From assembly GCA_041672765.1 (NCBI GenBank), contig JBAYZB010000001.1, positions 1 through 48,863 of the forward strand: 48,863 nucleotides of DNA. Reading direction: 5' to 3'. The position numbers and the translations under genes were made by a program. Shown here one piece after another: positions 48,519-48,863 of this stretch. Position 1 is the stretch's first letter. Every line of letters begins with the position of its first letter. A model generated the notes under the pieces. The model saw only the letters and a list, made by a program, of their open reading frames with translations, was not told where the DNA came from and searched no databases. This DNA comes from Gammaproteobacteria bacterium (GTDB taxonomy: Bacteria > Pseudomonadota > Gammaproteobacteria > JBAYZB01).

Positions 48519-48863
48519 CATGGCGGCATTGGCGCAGACAATCCAGGACACGCAGGCGATGGGGCGCACGCTCATCGTCGGGCTGGGCAAGACCGGCCTG
48601 TCCTGCGCGCGCTTCCTGGCGGCGCGTGGCATCGGGTTCGCCGTGACCGACAGCCGTGCCGAGCCGCCTGGGCTGGCGGCGCTGCGCGCGGAGTTTCCCG
48701 ACGCGCCGTTGTATCTCGGCGGCTTCGCCGAAGCGGCCTTCGCTCAGGCTGAGCAACTCGTGGTAAGCCCGGGCGTGTCGCTGCGCGAGCCCTTGATCGC
48801 CGCTGCCATGGCGCGTGGCGTGGAAGCGATCGGCGACATCGAGCTGTTCGCGCGTCATGCCCG
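48519..48863 (+). CDS. murD: UDP-N-acetylmuramoylalanine--D-glutamate ligase, N-terminal fragment (runs off the window)
   Basis: ATG 48519 is open to the window end. TLIVGLGKTGLSCARFLAARG is the Rossmann-like N-terminus. Position follows mraY. Confidence 0.88.

Overview
Visibly GC-rich chromosomal segment with gammaproteobacterial-type gene content. Almost all of it is conserved housekeeping DNA. From memory, the gene order resembles the Pseudomonas-type rpoN-to-dcw neighbourhood. In order: (1) the tail of a heptose-nucleotide gene, two tandem GT2 paralogs and two GT9 transferases; (2) a DUF421 membrane protein; (3) on the minus strand, kdsD-kdsC-lptC-lptA-lptB-rpoN-hpf-ptsN-hprK-rapZ followed by a permease-less PTS relay (EIIA-Man, HPr, EI); (4) a small accessory patch (HMA metallochaperone, 61-aa Cys/His protein, DJ-1/PfpI, DUF72); (5) mlaFEDCB, an ABC-2 exporter pair, ibaG-murA-hisG-hisD-hisC and a convergent DegS/AlgW protease; (6) an 826-bp gene-poor gap with a decayed response-regulator remnant; (7) petABC-sspAB; (8) DUF3301, a GlcD-like FAD oxidase, dolP-diaA-yraN-lpoA, divergent rsmI, RNase P RNA; (9) the start of the dcw cluster (mraZ-rsmH-ftsL-ftsI-murE-murF-mraY-murD'). 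I found no CRISPR array, tRNA, rRNA, transposase, integrase or recognisable defence/toxin module. I see no clearly novel multi-gene system here. The observations most worth a second look are a dispersed ~145-bp inverted-repeat (MITE/REP-like) element in several copies, the GT2/GT9 heptose-linked cluster, a well-spaced sigma-54 -24/-12 element directly upstream of rpoN, two gene remnants, and a textbook Pmra promoter with a triple GTGGG MraZ operator and a TTG-initiated mraZ. All calls rest on reading the translations and motifs by eye, with no database search. Start codons are the least certain part. The many long ORFs antisense to real genes are treated as GC-content artefacts.
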